Below are positions 24,101 to 39,100 of a stretch of 64,000 nt of DNA, piece after piece; position 1 is the first letter of the stretch, and each line of letters opens with the position of its first letter. Origin of the DNA: Ascidiella aspersa (lineage: Eukaryota); contig OZ004610.1 in the NCBI GenBank assembly GCA_963924565.1, positions 1,178,001-1,242,000 on the forward strand. Reading direction: 5' to 3'. The translations under genes were made by a program, and so were the position numbers. Under the pieces are notes generated by a model. That model did not search any database, was not told the DNA's origin, and saw only the letters and a list, made by a program, of their open reading frames with translations.

Positions 24101-27100
24101 TTTTTCGCTAATTGCCGCAAACTAACTAATATTTCCGGAATATTGACAGACAGTAGCAAACTTATTAAATTCCTATTTTAAAAATAACGTCCTTTTGGAA
24201 TAAACTAAAAAATGTATGCATTTATAGCGGACTTCTGCCATAACGACACATTTTTAAATGGATAAAAAGTTTTACTTTTTTGTACACTTGCTTATTCTCG
24301 CTTTTTTAAATCGATAAATCTGGTAATGCACAAAAATTGAGACCCCTTTTATTAAATGAACCAATACCGCGTTTTATGACCTTAAAACGACCCTAAAAAT
24401 TGACCCCTGGTCGTAGATTAAAGCCAACTTCTACCAATCTACCTTAATCCAAGCCAGACTGCGAACGCCAGGTTATATACGTTTAACCCGCAACCACACA
24501 CTAACACCTACACATTAACACATGCGCGAAGTGACCCGATGAATTCGGACGTCCCATATAGCCTATGCTTTTAATTCAAGCAATTCCTATCTTTGAAAGC
24601 ACAACGCTCAACTTTTGTAAAAGGTTTTTGAAAAACTTACAGAAAAAAAACTATTGGAGGTTGATATAAGACCCCAAATATCCATCACACAAAATACATT
24701 ATTAAATGCCTCCGAAAAGCATGTGGGACAATGCTGTTTAAAATTTTAAAACAAATTTGCCCACTTGTATGCTTGTATGCGAGTTGTTCGAGATCTTTCT
24801 ACAACATTAATATGTTCAGTTACATAACTGTTGTTAATACCCGATTTATTTTTAAACATCTAGTTTCCCCTGAAAATATCCTTAGGTGTTGCGGACTGGA
24901 AAAAAACTTGGACTACTATGAGGTGTCGAAATAAAATGCAACTTATCGGGTAACCCCCCCCCCCAGTTCCCACCCTTAACCTCACACGACAATCACGCAC
25001 TCCCCACTTGAAATAACTGGCTCTCTTACGCCACCTGGTGCTCGAGGTCGGTCATCAGTTGGTCGAACTCCTGCCCGAGCTCCTCCAAACTCTCCCCAAC
25101 TTCCTCACCGAAGTGGAGGAGCAAAGAGCCTCTCCAAACTCTTCTCTGATGATAAGGTCTTCTTGCGACTCCGGATGTTGTCTCCATTATGATGATATGT
25201 GTGAAAGGGTGGTTACTCCGTATATCCGATGATTTAGAATCTTGTGCTGTTCCAGTAGGCTAAGTTTTGACTCTTTGTCTTTTCTGCTTTTTTCCAGTTC
25301 AAATTAGGTATTTAAACAAAAATTTACAAACAGAAAACTGCTGCTGAAAACACGGCATTATTTGAGATTGCTACGCCAAATATTCAAATTATTTATAATG
25401 GCAGTATTCAGTATAGCTTCCTTGTCTTTTTGGCATTCTTTGACGACATTTCTACAATTAAATATTTATAAAAAAATTCAAAAAGCACGTAATCTGTGTT
25501 CGAGTACAGTTTAAGATGTGTTACCCAAAGTCCATCTCATGCAAATGAGTTCAGTATAAATCCGTTGTTTTTCGGCTTTTTTGATGATATTTTCACTTTA
25601 AATTAATTATTATTCAAAAAAAAAATCAACAAAACAAAACCTAATTTTATGCTGAAAGTACAGTAAAGTGTGGATTGTTAAGATCGCAGTTGTTTTCCAA
25701 AACGTTTTAAAAATTGTTACATTTACTGCGCTAACTTGATCGATAGTGGGTAAGTTCTTTCAGAACAACGCTGCAGACCAATAGCTTATTTCAGTCCGAC
25801 AAATTTACTCTCTGCGTTTGCCAACAAACTGTTCTACAACTAAAGAAACTCCGATCTTGAAGTTAGTTTTTAGGCCTTAACACATGATCTTAATTACCAA
25901 AAACCGAAAAACCTCAGATGTGCATTTGTTCTGCTCACTCCTATTTACATAAACAAACCACAAAGTTAAAACTGCCGTGCAGTACTTAAACCACATGTTG
26001 CCACACATAAATTATTCAGCGAACTGCAGATAACTCTACTGCGCAGTGACAACAAACAGCAAAGTCTCCTGCAAAGCACCTGTATAATGTTTCAACTGAT
26101 AGCTGCCCACGCAACACTATCAGTAGCACACACAGCTGGTGAAACAGCTTTCTAGCACAAACTAAGCCGGGTATGACGATATGCACCCACCTAATCACAC
26201 ACACATCATACTATCGCGTAATAACTCTCTATAAGTCATTTTTTTTCTGGGTTTTTCTGATACCTTCTGACTTTGGTCAGTTGAAAATGCAGTTTTGAAT
26301 AACTTACGCCAAAGCTACTATGGGATAGTCAACTTTAAAACATCCCGGTTTTCATTTTATATTTAATTCAATACAAAGGTAAAAAAGGTGGAAATGACTA
26401 CTTTAAAGTAACTTAATGCGGCTCATTCGTATGGACACCTCTAAACCACGAGTCACACTTTATGTTTTCCTAAATTAACAACTTTTCGTCTTTACACGAA
26501 TTCTTCGTGAAAAGTCAGGTTATCATTTGCAACTCTGCCTTTTGGGTTATTGTCTATCACATTATTTGTCAAAATACTCAATTTTTAACCACGTTTCTGC
26601 AAACTTGGTTCCATAGCTACTCTACAAAACGCAAAGTAACCTTTATAAGCAGGCATTGGAATCCTGTCTCTATCTTATTGTCAATTCTTGGCTGTTTAAC
26701 ATATTTACTTTGGAAGTAACTCAGTTTTAAACCACAATTCTGCATGCCTAGTTTACATAGCTACCGTAAAGTCACCTTATCAAGCAGGCGATTTCGTATT
26801 TTTAAGAACTAATATCCCCCTATTCCCTCCGCTATTTTCTTGCCAAATACGCACCTTGTATAAAAAGCAACCTCTTTCAAGCAACCACACATACACAGAT
26901 TGCAAAGCGACCTAGTAAGCTAGCCGACTAGCACATTACGCCTTATGCTTGTTGCTGTATTATACGTGGTGCAATACGAGAGCTGACACATTTTGAAGCG
27001 GAATTGTACAGAGACGTCTGGCCTAATGCGCCGCAACAACTAGCTGGTTTTAATTCGTGTCATAACTGACACTTTCTCAGCCTTGCTCAACTAGGGATTT

Positions 27101-30100
27101 GACCCTCGTGTTATGCATTCAAGGAAGTTTCAGTTATGTTCTGTGTTTCGAGGTTCAACTGATTACAAAATCACTTAAAAACTTAGTAAGGATATCAAAT
27201 CCCATACAGAAGTGGGTATAATTTTGAACTCTTTATTCATTTTTAACAAAATGCTGCCGACTTCTGTATTGGCTCAGATATTCTTACTACGTCTTACTAC
27301 AACCTCCAGCCATGTTCCATAACTTAAAAACCTAATTTAAAAAGTAAATATATACAATATCTAAAAACCAATAATTGTTTTAGTATAGTTAATAACCAAT
27401 CATTCCAGTTAATGGCAAGCGTCACTAAAGCTGATTATTACCAATCCTTAACTCTAAAAACAAACCACCGATCAACTCAGAAAGTAAAACTTTTGATATT
27501 AGCTTTCCGTTTTTGTGTACTGCATGGTTTTGAGAGAATTTAAATTTGATTGTGTCAGCTGAAGTTTATCAACGCTAAACGTGACACACACAGTCACGTC
27601 TCCACCCAGCATTGTTCATTTCCACCCGTAGTACGATGACGTCACATTAGCAGTGACGTCATATCGATATTGTTGACGCGGATGACGAAAAAGCGAAAAG
27701 AGGAAATAACATCACTTTGTGAAACGAAAGCGGTTTATCTGATTTCTAATTTTATCTTTTTTAAAGCGCCAACACAAGATTTGCGCAAAAGTTGTTCACT
27801 ATGGTTTTGCAAGCGTTTTTTTTTTGACGTTCACATACTGTGAATTCCTGAACCCACTATCACTCCTTCGTTTCCAAAACATCTTAAATTCCTAAAACAT
27901 GCGCACTATGTCGTAATTTACCAGTCCTAGTTGGCACAGGTCAATATCACGCGATATTATAGATATAAAGATAATATAAAAAAGCACATGGCAAAATAAT
28001 TAACTTTTACTGTTTTTACTGAAAAGGCTCCAAATCAAGAAAAAAAAACCTTGCTGAATCGAGATATACAGACACAAGCTTTGCATAAGTTCTGCTCTAC
28101 ACCTTTAAATAAACCTCACTTAACTTTCGCGAAGAGGCTACAACACAACGCCACCTCCATTGTTTGGCGACAGTAGATTTCCTGAGCTACACACTGGTTC
28201 CAATCTGTTCGCATAGCCCAGTGGTTCTCAACCTTTATAGCCAACCGACTAATTTTCTATTAGCATAGGTATTTGCGGACATTAAGGTATTTGGAATAAT
28301 AAGTAATTCATTGAACACTATAGCAGCAAGTTGAAATGCAAAAGCGATTTATTTGTGAGCACACTTGCAATTTTATGTAAGTTTTAAATGCATAAAAACC
28401 TGCTTTGTACACAAAGTTAGTTTCCTAAGCTACGTACTGGTTCCCATCTGTTGTATAAGGATTCAATTTATTTTTGTGCTTCTTTGCAAACATTGAAAAA
28501 AACAGCATAAAGAATAACACAAGAACAGCGAAAGAACTTTACGGTCTTCAAGTCGAGCTGCCCCTTACAGCATAAGCATAAGCACAGCATAAGCGGTTGC
28601 AAGTGCTGTACATCTGAATGGCGTGCAACTCTGTCTCACAAACATCGACACTCCGTTAAAACACAACTGCCTTGGCACGCATTGTGACGTTGGCATCACG
28701 CCAGGTCATTATCTCGCATCTTAATGACGTCATTATAACCTCGATTAATTGCACCGTTCCAAGATACACAGTATCCTGCTGTGCAAACGCGAAAATTTTG
28801 AAAAATACGCAAAATCATATTTGCTATTGTTTTGTAACAATCGCATTGTCACAATTACAAAGGTTCGATTTCTCGAACGTTTCGTTGAAAGGACGCGCCG
28901 GAAACAATGACAAGCGCGATATGGTTGTAAGTTACAATGAGTGATGCATATTTAGTAGTCAGCATTTCGAGCTACAATCATCGCATTATACAGGTCACTG
29001 GTCTACGCAAAATCTAGCACACGTGAAGTGCAGTGAATATTTAAAGTTGCATTTGTGGATTTTCCATGATTTACAGATAAACTTAAATAAAATAAAAATT
29101 ATTATTTTTCTTTGATCGATGCGTTTTTAATATGAAATTGTCTCTTACGAATTATATGACATTTGTCAGTGCTTACTATATTGATTTAACAAGTAATATC
29201 ATGTCGTTGTAAAGTAATTTCACACATAAACCTTAAACACTGTTAAGTAATTTTTATTAATAGCCAAAATAAATCTACATTTTGTAGCGCTTACGAACGA
29301 ACGAACCAACTCACTAGTTCAGTGCGACTTCTGGTGTAATATAAGCTGAGGCAAAAAAAATATCCTATCAACAAAGGATATTTTTTTTGCCTTTAAAAGT
29401 TATTAATGTGCGTTAATAAATTCGACGCGTAAAAAATATTTAGCGCTGAATACACCAAGTTAAATTCTTAGCTTGTTTTAATATATAAACAGCATCGTTT
29501 TGCAAGTCTCAAGATATAGAGATCCTTCGTGCAAATATTTTGGTAATTCTGAACATACATATACTGTTCACTTTTTAATTCAAATTTTTGGTCTATTGCT
29601 TGATTTAAGTCTATTTTTCTCTTGGAAACAATCCTACATACTGTTCACTTATTAAAATAAAAAAAAAACTAACAAGTATTTTCGATTTCTTAAGGTCGTT
29701 AGCAGCTTTCCTTTCATTTCCTCACGATGAGTAATTTTGGTTTATTTCCAAAATATTCTTCCAAATTCGCAAGCCGCAACTTTTGGCTTCTAATCAGCTT
29801 CCGATATTACGTCACAGCATTTAAAGTGCCAAGCTGATAATCGCCATTAATGCAAAATGCCGACTTTACTATAAATCTTGTGCCAGGTCGTGATTATGCT
29901 GGTAAATGTCAACTTTCAGCTTTTAAAACGGTATTTTAACAACCACACTCCCGTATAACACATTAAAGTATGCAAAGAACACCATAAAGGAACTAAATGT
30001 TCCCGCGCCGTTCGGTATAAATTTTGTTTACATTTGAATTTATTGATGCATTACAGCTTTTACGATTTTTATAATAATAAAAACCAGCAAAAAAAGATTT

Positions 30101-33100
30101 TATGTATGTGACTAAAACTGAGATTGGATTATATAAATTCAAATTTAAATCCCTACCGACAAAGAGCAGTGGACTCTACCATTTTTATTAACCACCCAAA
30201 ATTACATATAAAATGAAACCAGCATTTACGTGCGACCCCAGTTTGTCTTCATAAGTAATTTTTGAACTTATAACACAGGCGATTGAATACTATGCTTGAG
30301 TTACTGTGGCTACACGACCATAGAAGAAATTTGAATTACCACATGCATTTAAAGTTTACACATGAAACACTCCCTGTTTATTTGTTTTATCATTTTCAAT
30401 ATACCCATTACGCAGCACAAGGGTAATAAATCACTAAAACTGCAGGAATTGGCGAGTGATCGCGACCCCATAAATCTCTAGGCGACCCCTTTCGGTCCTT
30501 AACAATTTTTTTCTTTACGACAAAATTACGTACATCCAGGTTTTTTTTAAGGTTTGGTTTGGGTGACCGCTAAGTAGTTTTAAGAGACCGCAAGTGTTCA
30601 TTTAAATACCAAAAAGTTACAAGTCCAAAATTTGGGAAACCGCTGGAGAAATTTGGGGGACCGTTTCGGTTATTTGTTTCTTTATATGTGTCTTTTTAAC
30701 AGATTTTCTAACATTGCTGATTTAATAAATTGCATTAAGCCCTTAAGTGACTCAGCCTTGCTTTAAATTACGGAGAAAATCGAAACTAGTTGATACGTAA
30801 CGGAAGTTCAACATGTGATAACGGTGTTCGATGCATTTGCTGTTTCAGTCGCTAGAAATTAATAAAAAAACATCGCAAACCACTGTCACCTTGTGAAATT
30901 AACCTAAAATACAAACAACACTAACTTCAAAGTAGCTTATATAAATCAAAAAACAGCTCCTCTGGTAATCTGGTGAAAAAAAGTTTCAAAGTAGCTTGCC
31001 CAAATATAGCAAACTTAAAAGCTAAATGAAAGATATACAAACATATGTGTTCGACAACTGAGATCTAGCCCTTCTGAAGCTGCTTTTTGACCAACAATTA
31101 CGGCTTACGTATTATTTGTACACCGAAATCCATTGCAGACTCACCAAATCTGACTTTCTGTGCAACTTAAAAGTTACGTCGATTTCATCTCTTATTCTAG
31201 CTATAGATTTCCTACGTATATTTCTCAGCGTAAAGTAAAAAGCAAACTCTGTTTAGTTGGTTCAGTTTTTTAACATTGCACACATGTCAGCATTGTGTGA
31301 TGTGCGCATTCTAAGCGTCCTGTACTTCATGATGAATAATGCATCTCAGCCCGGCACCAAACTTGGCCAGATTAAGCGGCCTAAAGAACAAAAGGAAACC
31401 TCTATAAGCGTTTTCATACTTTTTGCCGGGCCATTGCGGTTCAATAATATACCTATATTTCAAACTGTTTGTTTTATAAAACACTTTTTGTGTTTTTAAT
31501 TTATAGAATAGTTATCGGAAAAAAATGTGGTTATAATAATGCCATGATTGTTGCTTGACTCGCCCCCCCTATGTAGCACAGTTGGAAATAATGTGTCTAA
31601 CTACCATGGCTCTAAAAACTAGCCAAAAGCCTTAAAAACAGTCGCAATTTGGAGCCGACTAGTCTTAAAAGAGCCACCTACGACTAGTCGACTACCCATG
31701 CACCAGCTGTCAAAGTGACATTCTGAATATCGCATAAGCGCTGCATTGCGGCAATTAAACAACCACATTTTCGTGCCATGTTTTGCGATATATTTATGCA
31801 CTTTGTGGAACAAATTATTGAGTGCAAATTTTGTCTGTATATTTTTTTATTAATAAGTAACACCTGCTTCTCAAATTCCAACTTTAAAACGCCGATTCAA
31901 ATTAAGAAGACAAAAAAGTCTAAAACATTTTGATTTGTTGCACAGCTGACTTAAACAACTAAACATTTTTTTTTCAACAAAATAATATATTATTTTCTGG
32001 ACATATACCGTTATGTAATTTGACCCTGATTGGTATCAATATTCGAATTTGTGCAAACACATGAAAACATATTGATAACCGTTCAACAACTTCCTTTTCA
32101 AATAGGTTGGCGATATTGCAAAACCATGTCAATCACTAGTTTCTTATGGCAAGAGGCACACCTATATCTCTCGATTTGATTCCCTGATATGAACGTTAAT
32201 ATTCAAACTATATCTAGCATATCTTTGAAACATCGTTCAACGCTTTGCTAACTTTACTTTATAATGGTCAAACTGTGGAAGAAATTAACGTCCTAAAATA
32301 CAAACCATCACCTGTAAAGCTTCCTACCCACGCCAATCCCATATCTGATGCTAAATAAGCGCCCTAAACATCACTTGTAATTTGCCCAGCAAGCCAGCAG
32401 CAATTAAAGGCTTATTATTAGACCGCGCTACACTTGGCTGGTGGAAAATGAAGGCATTGAATGCTGCATTAGTGACAATACTGTTTCCTGACTCTAGGCT
32501 TTGTATACCGGCTGTGTATTTATTATAGAAAATAGAAAACAATGAATTCTTGCGGCTTGTTAGCAGCGATATATTTATAACGTCTAGCAAAGGCGTTATT
32601 GTAAAGGTTCAATACTTTGTACGTCTGCAAAACGTTCTTAGAATATAAAAATCCAACTTTTTCCTCAATGTTAAATATGACTGCCACATATTCACGTCTG
32701 CAAAACATTGTTAAGATTTATAAAACACAGCTTTTTTGCACCAGTTAAGTATAACTGGATCTCTACATTCATCTCTGCAAAACAATACTTAAAACGTCGG
32801 ATTTTTGTGAGGGTTAACATTCTTTACATTTATACTTTTCTTTACATTTATACTTTGCAAAACATTATTAGGCCTTTCTTTTTTTACATTGACCTGCAGC
32901 AATCTCTATACAACTACTCCTGTTGCAAAAACAAATAAATAAAATCGCTCTAATGGCGGCGGTAAAGCGTTTATCTTAAGCGCGCAAACGTTTTACTTCC
33001 CTTAATGTAGCGATAGAACAAATTATCGGCCCACAAAACAGTAAAAACGCCAAGTTAAATGCTTTATTTGCTCTGTGCGTCCATAACAGCTATAATGGCT

Positions 33101-36100
33101 CCCTCCGCCAGCCAGAAGCTTTAATTAGCTGCGGTCTGCGTCACAACACTTTCACTCGCTTCAAAATTTCCACTGAACTTCACAAGGCTTTCACAGACCT
33201 CTTGCTAACCACTTGTCCACGATATCAACCTTATTCAGCTTTATGGAGGACCTTAACTCGAATATTTTCTGTTTTGTCCAATCGTGAACTTAAGTTTAAT
33301 TCAATCAGCACACTTCGTGATTACGCATTGTTATGAAATTATGAAAAGGTAGCCTTAAAAGTTTAAATGACACTGTTTAGTAATCAGTCGTTTCCTAATA
33401 TAAACCCTGTCTACGTGTCTGTTTTTTAAACAAAAACTTAAAAATTCCAAACGAGATTTTCAAGTAGAATACCTTTTCATTTGACGAAAAGCTTTTCTTA
33501 AACAAAAAGTTTCTGAGTTAAACTATGTCCAGTTTAAAATAACAAATCTGCCTAGTACCCGGAACTTGCAAAGGTGGCCTCAAAGTTTTAAATACACTAA
33601 CATATATCTAAACATGCTTTTTTTGAAACAGAAATCAACTTTTAACATTTTAAATGCTCTTTAGATTTAAAAGTAAATCCGTTATATCTTCCCTTCTCTG
33701 CCCTTTACTTGCGCATAAAATTGAACGAATTCTTCAGTTTGAAGCCAGCGCAATTAATCGAAACGCGTTGAGTTTACAATAACAGACGTCGTAGTAGTTG
33801 GTACCCTGGCCCTGAAACAACATATTTGGAAACCTGCTTCCTTTGAACAAGGAAACAGAACCGTGCTTGTCTTGGAGTGCAAATGACGTTTCTATAAACA
33901 ATACTGGGAACCCTAATTGCTAATCACTTCAAGCCATGAATCAATCAAACCCAGTAACAATGAATTTAAAAAGTCAACTTATATTAATAGGATGCCTTTC
34001 CTTAGAGATTGAATGCCTCAATGTTCGTTAGTCATTTACCACCGCGTTTTTACCTACAGCTAGCCTGAATAACTTGATTTTTTTGTCGATTTAAACAAAA
34101 ATAAAGGCATTTTTCGGGACTTAGCAATTAAGGCTCAAATTTAGTTAAATATTTGAATGAAGGGTTGGCTGAAGCAGGTTTCTTGTAATTACTTGTTTTA
34201 CGAAGCCTTGTTATAAATGTAACGAATATTCATACCACACCGTGCTCTGTAGACCGACACAACAAATAATTTTTACTATGCCACAGCGACTGAGACTTTG
34301 AGCTTCCTTACAGTTTAATACAAGTGAAACACGCAACCGAAAAAGAAAGCCAAATTAATTATTTTTAGCCACAACAACTCCTTTGCAACCTGAGAATTTG
34401 TCGAGTTTTCACCTCTAAAAACTGCAAACTTTAGCCCATTTTACTAGTTTAGCTTACTTGCATTCCACATTGATTTGTTGCTATTATAACAACCGATTCA
34501 TCTCCACAACATTGGTGAGGATTTGAAGCAAGACTTATGAAGCAAAACGTTCCAAATGATTACGCTATTTACATTCTATATTGCACTATAGCAGTAAAAA
34601 AAACACAGCATTAAGAGTTTAAACTCAGGAATTTCAAAATACAGTAGTAACGCTACTCGACCAATTAGACCAAATGTTGCATATTCTTAAACTAAATGTT
34701 TCATATTCTAAATTTACATTTGGCTATAGCTGTCATACCAATCAATTACATCTTAACAACATCGGTTAGGAATTGCCTGTATTTTATAATACTAAAAAAC
34801 TTTAAGCTCAATGTTGATATAGTTAGTATATTTACATTCAACATTGCGCTATTGCGGTATAACTCTCAGAACAATGAACTACTGCCCCATGAACCACAGC
34901 GGTTAGGACTTTGAGCTTGCTGTGATTTCCTTCCCTTGCCAATTGCTTTCTTTCCGGTGAAACTTCGCCTCAACCGAGTCACAACAGTTCAACAAATTGC
35001 ACAGAAAGCAATAACTCCAGTCCTGATGACCACTTCGCTATGCACGGATCTGTAATCTAGCTTGTTAATGATGAACTCAAAGCAAAAAGGTCGAGCAAAT
35101 GGACATCGTCTTGATTAAGACGTTTCGATACGAACTTGTATTATCATCAGTTATTGTGATGTTAATGTGATGACGACTTGTTTTGCTGCATACTTAAAAG
35201 ATTTTCATAACAAACCAGGCAGGGTCTCTGTTGTTTTTGATGGAATAGGTTTGGCGTCGATTTTTATACAAGGCTAAATACGCGGATTTAATTTCTACAT
35301 TCATTGTGCAAAACAAAAACAACAAACAAATAAGTCCACTAACAAAATGTGATTAATATAGGCTAAAACAAATCTTCAAAATTCACCCCAAAACTAAATT
35401 GCTCAGAAAATTGATTGCAATACAAAACGCTTAATGAAACGGCTAAATGGAACAATTACACATCAGTCTCATCTAGCCAATACTCTGTTTTTACAGTTTA
35501 ATTATATCTAAGCTTTTTTAAATTTGTTGTGTCGCAAATTGCGAATTACGTTTTCACAATTCCAGCGAAACATCATTACTTATATAACCGTGCAATTGGA
35601 CTTAACATTGCTATGTAAAGCATGCGTGAAATGATGATCTGTACAGAGCAGCGGAATATCACATGACCTTTGGCCCGGTGAAACCTCAAAGCGCCACTTA
35701 TATCATTATCGCCTCGCACGAACCAGTTATACAGGCTCGAGTTTCTCAACCACAGCACGCCCAGCACCATACGCTCGTTGACAATCCGCAAATTGCTCTT
35801 TGACCGACGCTAAAAGAGCTTTTAGCCCAATTATATCGCATCTCGGCAAGCTGTGGTGCGGCCTATGGGAACACTTTGTAAAACTTATATTTTATGGACA
35901 GGTTAAATGCTTGTTTTGCGCTGCCTAAGTTATGAAACCTAATAAAACAATCTCTAAATAGTTCTCGAATAGAAATTTTGCGCCGGTGAATATGATTGTT
36001 TTGTAAAATCAGATTGTGTGTTTTTTTTTCCGATTTGTTCAATTTCTAAGATATAAAAATCCCAATTTTTCAAATTAACCCACCCCCAAAATTTTCGCTT

Positions 36101-39100
36101 TAAAATCCTTCAAAACTTCTCTTTTTGTTAACATGTTTACAATATAACTTCTTATGGAGTACAAAAAATGTTAATTTCTTTAAAAATCCCTTCCTAAAAT
36201 CCATTTTTCAGAAATTATACTACCCAAAAAAATTCCTCTACTTCAAAATCCTCCAAAAATCCACTGTTTCTCTTCAGAGCACTTCGTTCCCAGTTGAGGT
36301 GAAGGACCTCTGTAAGAAGATCCGCACTGTTCTGATGGCCACAGCAGCGATGAAGGAGCACAAGGATGACCCTGAGATGTTGGTTGACCTCCAGTGTTCC
36401 CTGGCAAAGTCGTACGCAGCTACACCCGAGCTGAGGAAAACATGGCTGGAGTCGATGGCAAGGGTTCATCAGAAGCACGGGAACTACTCAGAGGTAAGAT
36501 ATTCTGTGTGGCCCAGAACGTGCGTCAATCCAGGGTTTTCGTTTGACGGGGACATGGCTCTTTTCAGGAGTAACTTCACAAAGTTATGTCAAAACTTGAC
36601 GTCAAAAAGTTCAAAGCCCAAACCTCAAAAGGTTTTTTTGTGTAACCCACGACGCTAGGTGCGTTTTCAGGCTATTTGTTTTTTTGTGGAAGGGGACGGT
36701 GGTTGTATTTTTCTGGTTGTTTTCTTGTTTTTGCTGCGATATTTTGAATTCTTTGACCTAAAGGACCACTGTTTGGCGAATACATTTACTTGTTTACTTG
36801 CACTAAACACAGAAGGAAGCTGTTAATTTTTTTCTGTAGCCAAGACCAGGCTCGGATCCAGGATTTTTGTTTGATTTTTTTGGAATTTTTTTAGACCTAA
36901 CTTCACAAACATACGTCAAAACCTGACGTAACAAAGTTACTTTGAACGCCGAAACCGTTATTTTTCGAGGATGCGTTGAGACTCACAACGCCTTTGGTTA
37001 AGAAAATTTACAAAATACATACTCGAATCATAGTTCAGATTCGACCGGTGCGCGTGTGAATATTTTATTAAGTCCATCAAGACATTTTTTACCTTTCAGT
37101 TTTAATTGTTTGTATTGTAAGGCTTTTTATCGGTCTCTAAAACAAATTACCGTGAAATCTTCCCCGAGATTTAAATATTCATGCTATGATTTTAGAAGTT
37201 TTATTTGCGTTTTTTTAACTCATTAATCCTAACTTTTAAAACATATAATCCAAGTTTTTTTGCCATGACAAAAATCCAAACCACTGTTTGCAAGAAGCGC
37301 AAAAAACCTCACGAGTATGAAAACAAACCTTCTACCGCTTGAACATTTTCTCCGTGCGTCATTTACCCTCTATTGACGTTGAAGTGGCGAATATTGCGCC
37401 AATACTGGCTCCGTATTGTTTTGTTTGTGTCCTTGAGTGTGTTGACGTGTCTGGAGTAAAGTTTGCGCATATAGCGGTTTGATTGGAGATATAATATATT
37501 TGCAAAGTTAAATAACGATAAAAAACTAATTCAAGCAATAATGGGTTTAAAATGCAAAACAAACAAACTCTTCAAAGCGTCATTGTCACAAATTTAAACT
37601 GCAAATTTCTGACAATAAATTGGGTGGTAAATTGATGGGAAAAAATTATTCAAAGATTTTTTGTTAAATTAAACTTTAATTTCTGTCCCATTGGCTTATA
37701 TTTAGATCAGGGTTGTCCAACTCAAACATGCCGGCGTGCCAATTTTTATCCTATAACTTCTTCCCGTGCCAAGTTTAGTAATATAATTCTTTCTAATAAT
37801 AAAAGCGTTTTTTTACAAATAATAAAACGTGGAGTTAGCAGGCTGACTTTTGCTTTTTGTTTCTTCACACCAAACTTTATAGTTATGTGAATGCTAGCCT
37901 CCACTACAATATAATGTTATAGTATTAGAAGTAATTGTTAGTTGTCGTGATTGCAGCGACTTTTTTTACCATTTTTTATTTGATTGCGTGCCACATTTGG
38001 CCACGCGTGCCGCTTGTTGGACACCCCTGATTTAGTTGAAGACAGTTTGTTCGTATATAATGTCGAACATATGTACAGATACTAACACATTTAAAAGTGC
38101 CTTCCTTAACTAATTGAAACATCTTGCCTTCTACACGGGGCTTACAGCATTTTAAATCCGTCCACTTAAAATTGTAGAGGTAAAAAAACTTTTTCACGAG
38201 TTTTTTTTCAAACGCTAGGTTTTGCAAACTCATTCTACGAAACATTAAAGGTCTATGAATAAATGAATACACTGTAGTGGTGGGTTTGGTGTAAAAAAGT
38301 AAATTTTTTATGGATCTTGTAAACTTGTTTTTGTTGTCTGGTAAAAATACCTAATCTACCAACATTTTTCCAGAAAACAATGTTAAAAACAGTCTTTCCA
38401 TAGTTTGGCTTATTTTTTTCCACCCATTAACCATTAATTTATCTTATGTATTGTTTTCAGGCTGCCATGTGCTACGTTCATATTGCTGCTTTGGTTGCGG
38501 AGTATTTGAAGAGAAAAGGTAAATACTGAGTCTTGGTTGGCGTGTTATATGTATAAAGTAGAAATTTTAAATTTTTTCTGAAAAATATATTGGAAACTTC
38601 AGACTAGAAATAAGAATGTTAAAATGGTTTTAATTTTTTTTTTAAATTTAATATAGAAAAGGAATATAACACCATTTTCGGTATTATGAACAAGACACAT
38701 TGTTATAGTCAGCGTTTTTTTTTTTTTATAATCTTTAAGGTTGTATTTAACAACACCCCCAAAAAGGCGTGTCTTGCTTTTCTGGGACTTTTAATAGATA
38801 AAACATACGGATTAAGCAAATGCCACCTCAGGGTTTCACCTTTGGATGCAACAGAAATGCAAAATTCGAAAAAAATATCTACGTCTGTCTTAATTGGCAA
38901 TATTCCAATTATGAAGTATTCAATTTATGTCCACTTTAACCTTTCGCTTATATCCAACGAAATTCAGGTTAACAAATCCCAAATTACAAAAAGCACCCAG
39001 CAATAAGAATTTGAATAGTTTCTATTTGCTTATTTTTCTCGTTTTGTTCGAAAAACGAAATAGGATTGTCGGATGATAACCAACTAGCATCATTTCGTTA

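Noticed and set aside
36125-36658. 177-aa ORF as a standalone gene (likewise 42806-43237, 16796-17059 and others)
   Set aside because: DOCK exons with intronic read-through
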